Position numbers and translations under genes: made by a program
IMG/VR virus record: IMGVR_UViG_3300042460_000659
Span: 1-63,799 of that record
Length of the DNA: 63,799 nucleotides
Direction: 5' to 3' (one strand)
DNA from: a virus
Lineage: Duplodnaviria; Caudoviricetes
The notes under the pieces: model-generated
Told to the model about the DNA's origin: nothing
Seen by the model: the letters and a program-made list of their open reading frames with translations, nothing else
Databases searched by the model: none
Part shown: one piece after another, positions 44,794-54,467 of the stretch
Numbering within the stretch: the first letter of the stretch is position 1
Layout: every line of letters begins with the position of its first letter

Positions 44794-47700
44794 TTAGGCT
44801 TGTGCTTCTTTCCAGTTCAGTCGGGCGAGGATCGTGGAGGATGTCGCCGAGAGCGGGATGGCCACCACGTAGAGGATGTCCGGGCCGTCCGGGTAGAAGC
44901 CGGACTGGGTGGTCGGAACGGTGTTGTTCGCGCCCCCACCAAGGATCGAGTTGCCCAGATCGCGCACTGGAGCAAGGTCGAACGTGGTGACGCCAGTCGG
45001 GTTGGTGTAACCGGCGTACACGCTCTCGCCGCCGGTGACGGTGACAGCGTTGACGTTCAGGGCGACCTGAGCGAGGGACGAGGTGATACCGCCAGCCTGC
45101 TGGACCGGTGCCACGAACCCACCAGAGAACGCGCCGCCTGAGAAGCCGTTCAGCACAAGGTTGATCAGGTATCCGGTGCCGGTAGTGTAGAAGCCGATAG
45201 AGTTCAGCGCCAGCTGCATCCGGTTGATGACCTCACGGGCACCAAGGATGCCGATGGTGTTGTTGTCCACGGACGGTGCCACCCGGATCGCCAAAATGAC
45301 GCGCGGCGTTACGGCAGTGGTCGTGATCGGCGTGGTCATCCCGTAGTTGAACACCAGAGACTTATCGTCGTCGTACCGGCCATCCATGATCGTGGAGGAA
45401 CCCCAGTGCGACAGGGATGCCAGCGTGTCGGGCGAGGAGAACTCGACCAAGGTCGGTGCCGTCGCGGAGTAGGTGAACGTCTGGGCAGCCACGTTTCCAC
45501 CAACCTGAGCACGCGCAGCGACGGTGAAGGTGGTCGCCGTCTTGCTGGAGTAGGAAATCTGCTCGATGGTCCCGGTAGCGCCGGGGTTCGAAATCCGCAG
45601 GACACCCACCGGCGCGAAGCCTTCCGTGCTGGCGACGCTGATCACGGTTCCAGCGCCACCCGTGCCAAGCGTGGCCGTAAGCTGGGTGTAGGCGCTGATG
45701 CCGTTGCTCTCGTAGTGCGCAGGAAGGTTCCCGCTGCGCATGTACGCTTCGTACTGGATGTTGTTGTTCGTGAACTGGTGGACGTAGGCGATGTTTCCGT
45801 TCGTCGTACGGAGACCAAACCGAGCAAAACCTGCGCCATACCAAGAGTACTCGACGTAAAGCATCTGCATGCGGGTCAGATCGAGGTTGTACCCAGACAC
45901 GCCAGTTCCATCCAGCGGGTCATCCCAGCGGGTGCGGGGCACGCGGACGTCGGTCGTTTTGGAGATGACCGCGTTGGCAATCGTCGTCCCCCGATACTCC
46001 GGAGAGATGATCAGGGAGGTGTCCGAAGCGATGGAAAGCACGCGATACGACTGGCCACGGATGACGATGAAGTCGCCGACCGCCAGCTGGCGGCTGAACT
46101 TTGTCCCAACACCGGTGATTGCGGCAGAGCCAAGCGTCGCGGTGATCGAGCCTTCAAGCTGCAGGACGCTGTTCCGCCACACGGCGTAGAGCATCTGCCC
46201 GTCATATTCGAAGAACAGGCCGTTCTGCTGGTCAAAGAAGCCCACCCGGTTCGAAGAGCCATACCAGTTGGTCGGGCTGACCCGGATTGGGAAGCCCTGC
46301 GCCGGGCTGATAGCTGGAACGCTGAACATGGTGTAGGTCAGCGTGTTGGGGGTAGGCGTCGTGGCGACAGCGAACGTGCCATTGTAGGACGCCTGATCCG
46401 CGCCAGAGACACGGATTATCGCACCCGGTGCCACGTTGTGGGCGAAGCGGGTGGTCACAGTCGCCGTGAAGCCGGATGCCGTGACGTCGCTCACAAACAG
46501 GGCCGGGCACACGGTCGTACCGGTCGAGAACTGGATTGCCTTACCAGACTGATAGCGGAAGTACCGGCGCGTTTGCCGGATCATTTGCGAGTTCGGCTGC
46601 GCAGAACCAGCTGTGAAGGCCACACCACCGTCGAAGGGACGGCTCTCTACCGATCCGGACGTCCGGGCGAAGAGGCTGGTTTGCCCCGCAGCGTTGCTAA
46701 GCGTCCCAAACGGGACGGTCAGAGTAGAAAAGGCAAACGTATTTGCCGTCGGCGTCGAAGATACAACCCAAGCGCCGTTCGGAGTATCGACGACGTTTGT
46801 AGACGTCGAAGACAATGCCACGGGCGCACCGATTGTACCTACGGTCTGCGAGGCGCTCACCGTGTAGTTGGTGCCCGTCATCGCAATGGAGCCCACGGTC
46901 TGCGAGGCACTGACAGTAAAGGTCGGGCTTGCGCCGGATACGATGTACGTACCCGCCGTTACGCCAACGCCCGCAAGCTGCATCCCGATGACGGGGATGG
47001 TGCCTGCGGTGTAGGTGAGCGTCGTGCCTGTGATGCTTCCGGTGAAGCTAGAGACGTTGGTAGCCGTGATAACGGTTCCCGCTGTAACCCCAGCCCCAGT
47101 CACGGAGTAAGTTGAACCCGCGCGAAGGTTAAGCCCAGCCAGAGGTACAGCGTTCAGGCTCATTGTGGTGCCGCTGATCCAGCCGAGAAGGTTCAACATC
47201 TGGGTGGACGTGACGCCAGTCACGTAGATAAGCGACCCAGCGGACAGGCCATGGGCGCTAGTAGTCGTGACGTTAACCGTGGTTCCTGAGTTAGTATAGG
47301 CATTCGTGCTGGTCAGCGCGATGCCGCACTGGGAGTACAGATACCCCAGATACACGTAGGTCCGGTCGGCGCTCAGCTGGTTGCCGACAGCCACAATACC
47401 CGCAGCGGTGTAGGTAACGCTGACGTTGGTGGAGACGGCCTGCACATAATACCAGCCGTTGGCGTTCGGATCGATGGCGTTCTGGACGAAGATCGGAGAG
47501 CCGATAGAGAAGCCGGTGGTCGGGTTCATGGAGACCACAACAGTCCGCGTACCGTTTCCAGTCACGGCGGTCACGGCGGACGGTGCCTGCGGGATGTAGT
47601 AAAGGCTCTGCCGGTTGTTTGCCATGCCGATGCTTTCCCACTTCGTCGGCTGCTGGCCGTATTCGAAGTCGGTGTCGATCAGGGACTGCGGCTCAGACAC

Positions 47701-47829
47701 GCGCATCTTACCGACGGGGTCTTGGGCGATGGGCGCTGGAGCAATCAGGGCAGCGCCACCGGCTCCCGAGCCACCCACCCCGCCAAGAGGCAGAGATTGG
47801 TTGGTATTGAGGTCAACAAGCCAAGTCAT
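44794..47829 (-). CDS. Large beta-rich virion protein (1011 aa)
   Basis: Thr/Gly/Ser-rich; DTDFEYG, RQTRRYFRYQSGK, YSWYGAG motifs. Confidence 0.75.
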   Translation of the reverse strand: MTWLVDLNTNQSLPLGGVGGSGAGGAALIAPAPIAQDPVGKMRVSEPQSLIDTDFEYGQQPTKWESIGMANNRQSLYYIPQAPSAVTAVTGNGTRTVVVSMNPTTGFSIGSPIFVQNAIDPNANGWYYVQAVSTNVSVTYTAAGIVAVGNQLSADRTYVYLGYLYSQCGIALTSTNAYTNSGTTVNVTTTSAHGLSAGSLIYVTGVTSTQMLNLLGWISGTTMSLNAVPLAGLNLRAGSTYSVTGAGVTAGTVITATNVSSFTGSITGTTLTYTAGTIPVIGMQLAGVGVTAGTYIVSGASPTFTVSASQTVGSIAMTGTNYTVSASQTVGTIGAPVALSSTSTNVVDTPNGAWVVSSTPTANTFAFSTLTVPFGTLSNAAGQTSLFARTSGSVESRPFDGGVAFTAGSAQPNSQMIRQTRRYFRYQSGKAIQFSTGTTVCPALFVSDVTASGFTATVTTRFAHNVAPGAIIRVSGADQASYNGTFAVATTPTPNTLTYTMFSVPAISPAQGFPIRVSPTNWYGSSNRVGFFDQQNGLFFEYDGQMLYAVWRNSVLQLEGSITATLGSAAITGVGTKFSRQLAVGDFIVIRGQSYRVLSIASDTSLIISPEYRGTTIANAVISKTTDVRVPRTRWDDPLDGTGVSGYNLDLTRMQMLYVEYSWYGAGFARFGLRTTNGNIAYVHQFTNNNIQYEAYMRSGNLPAHYESNGISAYTQLTATLGTGGAGTVISVASTEGFAPVGVLRISNPGATGTIEQISYSSKTATTFTVAARAQVGGNVAAQTFTYSATAPTLVEFSSPDTLASLSHWGSSTIMDGRYDDDKSLVFNYGMTTPITTTAVTPRVILAIRVAPSVDNNTIGILGAREVINRMQLALNSIGFYTTGTGYLINLVLNGFSGGAFSGGFVAPVQQAGGITSSLAQVALNVNAVTVTGGESVYAGYTNPTGVTTFDLAPVRDLGNSILGGGANNTVPTTQSGFYPDGPDILYVVAIPLSATSSTILARLNWKEAQA

Positions 47830-47894
47830 GTGGCGCTCCTATGTTTTGCAAGCGTGGTCTTTGGGGACCACGCTATACGATTTGACGCCAAAAG

Positions 47895-48083
47895 TCAGTG
47901 GCACTTAGCAGCAGCTGCCGACATCAAAGGCATGCCATGCACGCCCTGACCGCCGGATACCGTCCGGCTGCCGTTGGGCTTGTGCGGGCTGCAGTTCTCA
48001 GTCGGGGCGCATTCACCCACGGAGACCTTGGTGTTGACCGACATGCTGGGCTTTTTCGGACCCACCCGGATATCCTTTGCCAT
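47895..48083 (-). CDS. Hypothetical protein (62 aa)
   Basis: Small ORF in the late operon. Confidence 0.5.
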   Translation of the reverse strand: MAKDIRVGPKKPSMSVNTKVSVGECAPTENCSPHKPNGSRTVSGGQGVHGMPLMSAAAAKCH

Positions 48084-48088
48084 GGCGA

Positions 48089-48547
48089 TCACACGCTATC
48101 GTGCGCTTGGATGTACCGCACGGTGATCGTACCGACGCCCGTACCGGTGTTGGTAGACAAAACAAAAATACGCTTGTCAGTGGTGCCGGTGTCATCCCAG
48201 TTTGCGGTGCGGGTAGCGTCCGTGCCGGGGAACAAGCCGATCACACCGATGGTGCCGCCCGCGCCAAGAGCGACGAGTTCGGTGGCGGTAGCCGTCGTTC
48301 CGATGTTGAAAGTCGTTGCAGCGCCAGACCAGATGGCAGTGACGACCATCTGGATGTTCAGGATGTGGCTGTTGGCCGGAAGAACGACGGTCGTACCCAA
48401 AGCGGTGGCAGAGCCTGCCTGAGTGATCGGTACATGCTGCACCATGACGACGGAACCGACGTTCTTGACGTCCTTGCCGACGGTTGTTCCGGAGGTGTCG
48501 AGGATGTTTCCAGCCCGGATCGGGCCGGTGAAAGTAGTCTTGCCCAT
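48089..48547 (-). CDS. Putative capsid decoration/virion protein
   Basis: MGKTTFTGPIRAG; AAGGAG SD; follows the capsid gene. Confidence 0.65.
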   Translation of the reverse strand: MGKTTFTGPIRAGNILDTSGTTVGKDVKNVGSVVMVQHVPITQAGSATALGTTVVLPANSHILNIQMVVTAIWSGAATTFNIGTTATATELVALGAGGTIGVIGLFPGTDATRTANWDDTGTTDKRIFVLSTNTGTGVGTITVRYIQAHDSV

Positions 48548-48630
48548 GGTAGGCTCCTTTGCACAATAAAACGTTCTGTCTGTGCAACGTCCGCTGGGCG
48601 CGGTCAGAACGTCCGGTTCACCCAGACAAG

Positions 48631-48657
48631 GAGAGAGGAGGGGGGCCGAAGCCCCCC
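48631..48657 (-). terminator. Terminator after the major capsid gene
   Basis: GGGGGGCTTCGGCCCCCC followed by a pyrimidine tract. Confidence 0.7.
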
Positions 48658-48669
48658 GCCAAGATCAGA

Positions 48670-49581
48670 TCAGGTCGGGAACGATCCGAAGATCGAGCGC
48701 CAGTTGTAGTACCCGAAGGAGTACCGCTCGTAGCCCTTAACCAGCAGGTTATCCGTGACAAAGTCCACTTGCATGTCTGTTTCAAACTTGACGCGCTCCA
48801 TGTAGGAGAGGCCGTCGATGTTCGTCAGCAGGAACCAAGCACCGGCAGAGGTCAGGAAGTCGTTGACCATGTAGCCTTCCGGCAGGCCGCCAGCGGTCGA
48901 CATGATCGCGTTGACGTCGTTGTCGGCAGTGCCGGGGCGCAGTTCGGTCTTCGTCAGGCGGATCGCGACCGGCTCCAGTTGGGGCGGGACGACCAGCTTG
49001 CGACCACGTGCGAACACCTTCAGACCGGCCTGATCGCGGAAGTTGGTACGGATCGAGATCATGCCGTTCAGCAGGGTGCTCTCGTTCAGTTCAACGTCCG
49101 TGGTCGGGCGGTTCGCAACGGTGCCACCATCGATGGGGTGAGCGGTGGAGCAGAGCGCCACGCCGTCACCACCGATTGCGCCGTTGTAGGTCGTCGCGGT
49201 GTTCAGGATGTTCGCGCCGTAGATTTCCTTGGTCTGCTGAAAGCTTTCGATCAGGCCAAGGTTCGACGGAGCAAACTGGGTCTTGTAGAGGTTGTCGTCG
49301 ATGGCTTTGCGGGTGATCGCGTAGCCAAGGCCGATCTCGGTGTGCTCTTGGTTGTAGATGAAACGCTCACCGGCACCGTTGTCGAACGCGGTCTGTGCGC
49401 CTTCCGTCTTCAGCTGAGCATAGCCAAGGAAGCGCATTTCGGCAGTACGCTCGAGAGCCATCTTCGAATTGTGCTTCGTGAAGATTTTGTCGTACTGAGA
49501 CGGGATCATCTCGTACTTGCCTTCAACTCCACGGAGGCCCGGAAGGAGAAGGTCTTTGATGGCAGAAAGATTGACAGCCAT
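48670..49581 (-). CDS. Major capsid protein
   Basis: 303 aa; LLLPGL, ITRKAIDDNLY, GGDGVALCSTAHP, LVVPPQL, ERYSFG; strong SD and terminator. Confidence 0.88.
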   Translation of the reverse strand: MAVNLSAIKDLLLPGLRGVEGKYEMIPSQYDKIFTKHNSKMALERTAEMRFLGYAQLKTEGAQTAFDNGAGERFIYNQEHTEIGLGYAITRKAIDDNLYKTQFAPSNLGLIESFQQTKEIYGANILNTATTYNGAIGGDGVALCSTAHPIDGGTVANRPTTDVELNESTLLNGMISIRTNFRDQAGLKVFARGRKLVVPPQLEPVAIRLTKTELRPGTADNDVNAIMSTAGGLPEGYMVNDFLTSAGAWFLLTNIDGLSYMERVKFETDMQVDFVTDNLLVKGYERYSFGYYNWRSIFGSFPT

Positions 49582-49594
49582 TTTTCAGTTCTCC

Positions 49595-50548
49595 TTACAC
49601 GCCAGCAAAGTTGCGTGGCATAGCGTTGTTGAAGCCGACGACCAGTTCGTTGTACGCCGCCGCTGCATCAAAGCCGTTGGCCCCAGAGAAGGGCGAGGCT
49701 TGGCCGGGCAGGTAGTTCGCCAGAGCCACAATGCGGAAGGGCAGGAACGCGTTGGCTGCAGTACCAGCTTGCGAACTGGTGGACTGGTCAGCAAACATGG
49801 TCGAAAGGCCAGTTGAGGTCCGACCGTTGGTCTCGCCGGTGGCAAGGCTGTCCTGCCAGTTGAACGCGATGTTCTGGCCGACTTGGGCCTGTCCCATCAC
49901 GGAAGCAGTGGTGGCCGAGTTGGCGGACTGGACGACGAAACGAGCGTTCGGGTCAGTGATGACGTAGGCTTCCACGTCGCCGCTGGCATCCGAGCCGGGC
50001 CAGTAGTTCGACCAGTTGGTGCGCTTCTGCGAGACCGACAGGTACTTGCAGCCAGCGAACACACCGGCGACAGGCACGTACACGACGACGACCGGGGTCG
50101 AAGCCGAAGACGTGACGGCAGCGGTCGAGCCGCAGTTCGCGATCACGGCGGTCGTGGCGGTGGCCGAAGTGACGGTGAACGCGCCGTTCGGGACGCCAGT
50201 TGCGTTCGTCACGACAATGACCGAACCAACCGGGGGTGCCCAAGTGGTCGATGCGAAGGTCGGGATGTTGGCGGTGGCGGACGAGATCGCGGTGAACGTG
50301 ATGGTCATCACACCGACAGCGGTCGTTGCGATACCGGTCGCGGAGACCGTCAGCGTGACAGGGCCGGTCGCCTGAGCGATGTAGCCGGTGCCAAGGCCAG
50401 TGGCGTTGGTTGCCTGCATGACGGGGTCATTCAGGAAGATGGGGGTCGTGTTGGTGGATACGATGGCGGCAAGCGTCTGCTCATACGTGGGAGCGGAGCC
50501 AGCACCAGAGTATTGGGCGAAACCGAAGGGCGCAAACGTATTTGGCAT
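49595..50548 (-). CDS. Minor capsid / cement protein
   Basis: APFGF...IFLNDPV...GVFAGCKY...DPN pattern immediately upstream of the MCP. Confidence 0.65.
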   Translation of the reverse strand: MPNTFAPFGFAQYSGAGSAPTYEQTLAAIVSTNTTPIFLNDPVMQATNATGLGTGYIAQATGPVTLTVSATGIATTAVGVMTITFTAISSATANIPTFASTTWAPPVGSVIVVTNATGVPNGAFTVTSATATTAVIANCGSTAAVTSSASTPVVVVYVPVAGVFAGCKYLSVSQKRTNWSNYWPGSDASGDVEAYVITDPNARFVVQSANSATTASVMGQAQVGQNIAFNWQDSLATGETNGRTSTGLSTMFADQSTSSQAGTAANAFLPFRIVALANYLPGQASPFSGANGFDAAAAYNELVVGFNNAMPRNFAGV

Positions 50549-50678
50549 TCGGATGTCTCCTTTTCAGGAGGTCCATCATCGCGCGCCGGGGCGAATGTAG
50601 AACCGGGGAGGATGACCTCCCACACCGGGGGGAGAGTGCATGCATACTACACGGTTCTGGTTGTTAGTAAAGAGTACG

Positions 50679-50704
50679 AAAAAAAGGGTGCCGAAGCACC
50701 CTTT
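50679..50704 (-). terminator. Rho-independent terminator
   Basis: AAAGGGTGC-TTCG-GCACCC then a T run. Confidence 0.85.
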
Positions 50705-50734
50705 GAGTTAGAGCAGGCAGTGTACATGTATTTT

Positions 50735-50977
50735 CTACATCGAGAACATCGAGCATGCAATGGCTGTTTTTCCGTTGAACAGCGCGCCCTTCTTCTTCGT
50801 GTGAAGCTTCACCAGAGCGCACCGGTTCTTCAGCATCTTGTTTGCCCCCAGATCGCTGGGTGGGGCAGCCTGCAGATGGGTGCAGACCGTGCATTTCATG
50901 CCCTTGGACGGGTCAGCCCAAGTAACCTGACCCTTTGTCGTCAGGGCCATCCTTTCTTGAAGTTCCATCTGATCCAT
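50735..50977 (-). CDS. Small Cys-containing hypothetical protein
   Basis: CTVC...C...C. Confidence 0.65.
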   Translation of the reverse strand: MDQMELQERMALTTKGQVTWADPSKGMKCTVCTHLQAAPPSDLGANKMLKNRCALVKLHTKKKGALFNGKTAIACSMFSM

Positions 50978-51107
50978 CCCCAGTCAGAAAGATTGAAACG
51001 TGCGGCTCCAGCTTGTCCCATGCCTCTTGGATCGCTGGAGTGCCCTCACGCCGGATCGCCCGGCGCAAGCGCTCGATGTAATTGTAGATGCGGACTATCC
51101 GGATCAT
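50913..51107 (-). CDS. Hypothetical protein (64 aa)
   Basis: ATGA overlap with the upstream gene. Confidence 0.5.
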   Translation of the reverse strand: MIRIVRIYNYIERLRRAIRREGTPAIQEAWDKLEPHVSIFLTGDGSDGTSRKDGPDDKGSGYLG

Positions 51108-51652
51108 TCGTCAGGGATCGAGATGGCCTCGTAGCCCTTCTTCACCTTGACCAGATCATTGCCCTTGTTGGTGCGTTCGAACTGGCCCTGAGGCGATGCC
51201 GTCAGCTGCTCTTCCTTGGCCCGGACCTGCAGGCGTGCCCGGCGAAGCTCTGCCGCACGCACCTCTTCGGTGATCTCCAGCGGGCGCTCCATCAGCACCA
51301 TGCCCTTGCGGGTGATCTCGGTGCCCTTGTAGCCAATCGGCATCATCTCGGGGTGACGGGACACCGGGACGTACTCCCAGCCCTTACGGGCGAGAGCGAC
51401 TTGGTGGGCCGGGTCTTCAGCGCCCAGAACGGTCTTCATCTTCCATTCGTACGACCACCCGGTAGGGATGACGCCGGGTTCGACGAAGTACTCGTCGTTG
51501 CCTTCATCCACATCGGCATGGCCACGAAGCTCTGCGGCACGCCGCGCAGCGCGCTCCACCGGGTCTTCCTCTATCTTGATGGTGATGGGATCAGTTGGGC
51601 GCATTGAGGGGCGAACCGCCTTTGTTACGGGGGTGAATTCGATCTCAGACAT
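51104..51652 (-). CDS. Conserved head-module protein
   Basis: IPTGWSYEW...GWEYV...GMVLMERP; between scaffold and capsid. Confidence 0.75.
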   Translation of the reverse strand: MSEIEFTPVTKAVRPSMRPTDPITIKIEEDPVERAARRAAELRGHADVDEGNDEYFVEPGVIPTGWSYEWKMKTVLGAEDPAHQVALARKGWEYVPVSRHPEMMPIGYKGTEITRKGMVLMERPLEITEEVRAAELRRARLQVRAKEEQLTASPQGQFERTNKGNDLVKVKKGYEAISIPDE

Positions 51653-52488
51653 CAGTTCAGCTTCCCTTCTTTTTGCAGCGCCATTTTGTTCTTGGCGTAA
51701 TCCTCAGGCTTCATGCCCATCATGTCCGCCATCTCGCGCTCAGCTGCTGACAGCCTGACCACGTTCGTGCGCGTAGACCCGCCCCGAGAGACCGGTGCAG
51801 CCGCAGGCGCTGCGTCGCGACGCTGGGTGACCTTGGCGGCGTATTCGTCCGACGTTTCGGTCTGTGGCGCTGAGGGCTTGATCTTCAGCGTCTCTTCGAT
51901 GGCAGTGAAATAGTCCTCACTGTCGACCCGGATGCCGTCCGCCATGGCAAGCTCATGGGCCGCAATCATCTTGCGGTTCAGCTTGGCGTCCTTGACGTAC
52001 TCAGGGTGCCTGCGGACCCAGTCTGCGGATTTGGAAGAAAGCTGTGCGGCGAAGGCTTCCACCGGGTCAGAAGACGTTTGGACAGGCTCAGGCTGCTTAG
52101 GGCGGGACTTCATGGCCTCAAGGCCATTGCTCAGCTGGAGGAGCTTGGCAGCGTTGCCGGACATTTCCTGCTGGATGTCAGCCGCCGCAGAGAAGTTCCC
52201 CTGCGACATGGCATACTGGTAGTTCTGCTTCAGAATTTCATCATCCCGGCGCAGGGTGTCGATGGCGTTGCTGACCAGCTGGACGTTCGTCTCGTCTTCG
52301 CTGTTGCGGGCGTGGTGAGCATCACGCCTTGCATCGTACGCAGCTCGCTCAGCATTCTGGCGGGCGGCGCGCTCAGCCTCCAGCTGTCGACGAAGCTCGG
52401 CAATACCATCCTCAGGGGGGATCGCTACCTGCTCTGGCTCTTCCTCAGCTTCAACGTTGATGATGACGTCTTCTTCTTCGTTATCCAT
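51652..52488 (-). CDS. Capsid scaffolding protein
   Basis: Acidic coiled coil ending VRLSAAEREMADMMGMKPEDYAK. Confidence 0.75.
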   Translation of the reverse strand: MDNEEEDVIINVEAEEEPEQVAIPPEDGIAELRRQLEAERAARQNAERAAYDARRDAHHARNSEDETNVQLVSNAIDTLRRDDEILKQNYQYAMSQGNFSAAADIQQEMSGNAAKLLQLSNGLEAMKSRPKQPEPVQTSSDPVEAFAAQLSSKSADWVRRHPEYVKDAKLNRKMIAAHELAMADGIRVDSEDYFTAIEETLKIKPSAPQTETSDEYAAKVTQRRDAAPAAAPVSRGGSTRTNVVRLSAAEREMADMMGMKPEDYAKNKMALQKEGKLN

Positions 52489-52497
52489 GTCAGTTCC

Positions 52498-52887
52498 TTA
52501 CCAAACTGCGTCCGGGTGGGGCACCCGACCCTTGATGTTGACGTCGTCGAAGATGCGGCAGAGCACGCCGTTCACGGTGATCGACCAGCCATCAGACGGA
52601 CGGAAGACCAGCCAGTCATGGTCGCCGAAGGTCATGCCGCTGAACCAGTTGCCGTCCTGTTCGAACGCCAGCGGGCCTTTCTTGACCAGAAGGCCGACCT
52701 TGGACTGGTAGCGGTCCTCGTCGCGGTGGCTGTCGGTCAGGATCAGGCCGGATTTGGTCTTTTCCGGGCGGATGTAGATCGCGAGAAGGATTTGATTGTG
52801 GAACAACTCGACCTCAGACAGATCGCCAATCGCGGTGAGGATGGCGTCTTTTGGGTCGGTGTCGTGCGACATAAGCATGTGGGGCAT
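52498..52887 (-). CDS. GroES-like co-chaperonin
   Basis: EKTKSGLIL, GLLVKKGPLA, W...DWLVF, RIFDDVNI. Confidence 0.8.
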   Translation of the reverse strand: MPHMLMSHDTDPKDAILTAIGDLSEVELFHNQILLAIYIRPEKTKSGLILTDSHRDEDRYQSKVGLLVKKGPLAFEQDGNWFSGMTFGDHDWLVFRPSDGWSITVNGVLCRIFDDVNIKGRVPHPDAVW

Positions 52888-52895
52888 GAATAATC

Positions 52896-53102
52896 CTATC
52901 TCGTTTTGTTGATGACGGTTGCTGCCTCGTCGCACATGGACAGAACTTCCTTCAGTTCTGAAATCCTGCCAACAGCTTCACGATATGCTTCCAAAGAGGG
53001 AACATTGAGGCCAAGGCAGACATTTACGGAGAGGTCTTCGATCCTAGCTTGGATCATTTTTTTAAGCTCACGCTCAAAAGCGGTGCTGACGGGGTTGATC
53101 AT
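52896..53102 (-). CDS. Hypothetical protein (68 aa)
   Basis: YREAVGRISEL motif; usual neighbour of phage GroES. Confidence 0.7.
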   Translation of the reverse strand: MINPVSTAFERELKKMIQARIEDLSVNVCLGLNVPSLEAYREAVGRISELKEVLSMCDEAATVINKTR

Positions 53103-53193
53103 TTTCTAAGCCTAATCATCATGTTTTTCTTGGGACGCCCAGATTTCAGGTCTGGACGTCCCATTCATAAACGCAGAGGGAGGAGAACTGCGC

Positions 53194-54450
53194 CTATTTC
53201 CTCAGGTCTTTGTTCATCGTTTCGCCATAAGCGTCAACCTTTTCCTTGCGCGCCTTGCCGCCACCGGAGCCGCCGGTGATGGGGTACACGACCTTGCCAC
53301 CAGACTTGCGGGCCATCATTGGTCCGGGCATCGGGGGACGGGGAGGCATACCGCCGGGCATACCGCCGGGGCCGCCGGGAGGCATGCCACCAGCAGCGCC
53401 AGCCAGAGCCGCGCCCAGACCGGGCGGCAGCTGGGCGTGCATCGGCATCGGAGGTCCACCAGCGGGGGGCATGGCGGGGCCGGGCATCGGCATCGGGGGC
53501 TTGGGGATACCAGCCTCCATGCCCGTGGGGGCACCCGGCTTGACGCTGTGGGAGGGCGAGATGATGATGTTGATGTTGGTCTTGCCAACCTTGCCACCAG
53601 ACTTGCGCGCCATGCGACCGGCGACACCACCACCACAGGCCTTGTCGTGCTTTTTGTCGGCGTCGGACTTTTCCCAGTCCTTCATCGACATGCCGTGCTT
53701 CTTGGCCATAGCTTTGTCTTCGGCCATGTCCTTGGCGGAACCCTCGACCTTGCCGCCTTTTTTCTTGCCCATTATCATCGCCAAAGGTGACAACGCCTCC
53801 AAAGCGCCGCCCTTTTTCTTGGGCTGCCGGTCACCGGCGTCACCTTCGACCTTGCCGCCCTTCTTGTGGCCATCGCCGGACGTAACCATGCGGTCGAAGA
53901 TGTCCTGATTTTTCATCTCCTCAGGGTCCATGTAGCGGGCCTTGGGACGAATGCTTTTCTCAGGCGCATATCCCATCTTCGCGGGGGCTTCAGGGCGCGG
54001 CATGGGGCGCATCGTGCCACCATCCATCTTCGCAGTGCGACCGCCGTCCTTGCGCTTGGCGATGTACTTGGACACCGGCGCTTCGGTCGGGGGTTCGACG
54101 GAGACCTGATCAGCGGCAGAGCCACCGATGTACTTGGCCGTACGACCGCCCTTCTTGAAGCCACCGACGTGCTTCTTGCCGTCGCGCTCTTCGTTGGCGA
54201 TCCGCTGGTTGGTGTTCGCCAGTCCAATGTTGCCACGCGGCGTGCGGCTGGCATTGCTCTTGGCCTCTTCACCGTCGACCTTGCCACCAGACTTGAACGC
54301 GCGGCGCGAAATCGGACGCATGCCCGTCTTCACATCAGCGTTCAGCGGCTCAGCTGGCGTGAAAGTTGAACTGTCCAGTTTAGTTGAAGAGGCTCCAGCG
54401 AGGCGACGAGCCTTGCTTTTCATCGCCTCACGAAGGCTTTTGGCATCCAT
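53194..54450 (-). CDS. Low-complexity basic virion protein with KxGG repeats (418 aa)
   Basis: Repeated K/R-x-x-GG-K/R-V/T; Pro/Met-rich tail. Confidence 0.75.
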   Translation of the reverse strand: MDAKSLREAMKSKARRLAGASSTKLDSSTFTPAEPLNADVKTGMRPISRRAFKSGGKVDGEEAKSNASRTPRGNIGLANTNQRIANEERDGKKHVGGFKKGGRTAKYIGGSAADQVSVEPPTEAPVSKYIAKRKDGGRTAKMDGGTMRPMPRPEAPAKMGYAPEKSIRPKARYMDPEEMKNQDIFDRMVTSGDGHKKGGKVEGDAGDRQPKKKGGALEALSPLAMIMGKKKGGKVEGSAKDMAEDKAMAKKHGMSMKDWEKSDADKKHDKACGGGVAGRMARKSGGKVGKTNINIIISPSHSVKPGAPTGMEAGIPKPPMPMPGPAMPPAGGPPMPMHAQLPPGLGAALAGAAGGMPPGGPGGMPGGMPPRPPMPGPMMARKSGGKVVYPITGGSGGGKARKEKVDAYGETMNKDLRK

Positions 54451-54467
54451 GGTTGCATCCCCTGAGG

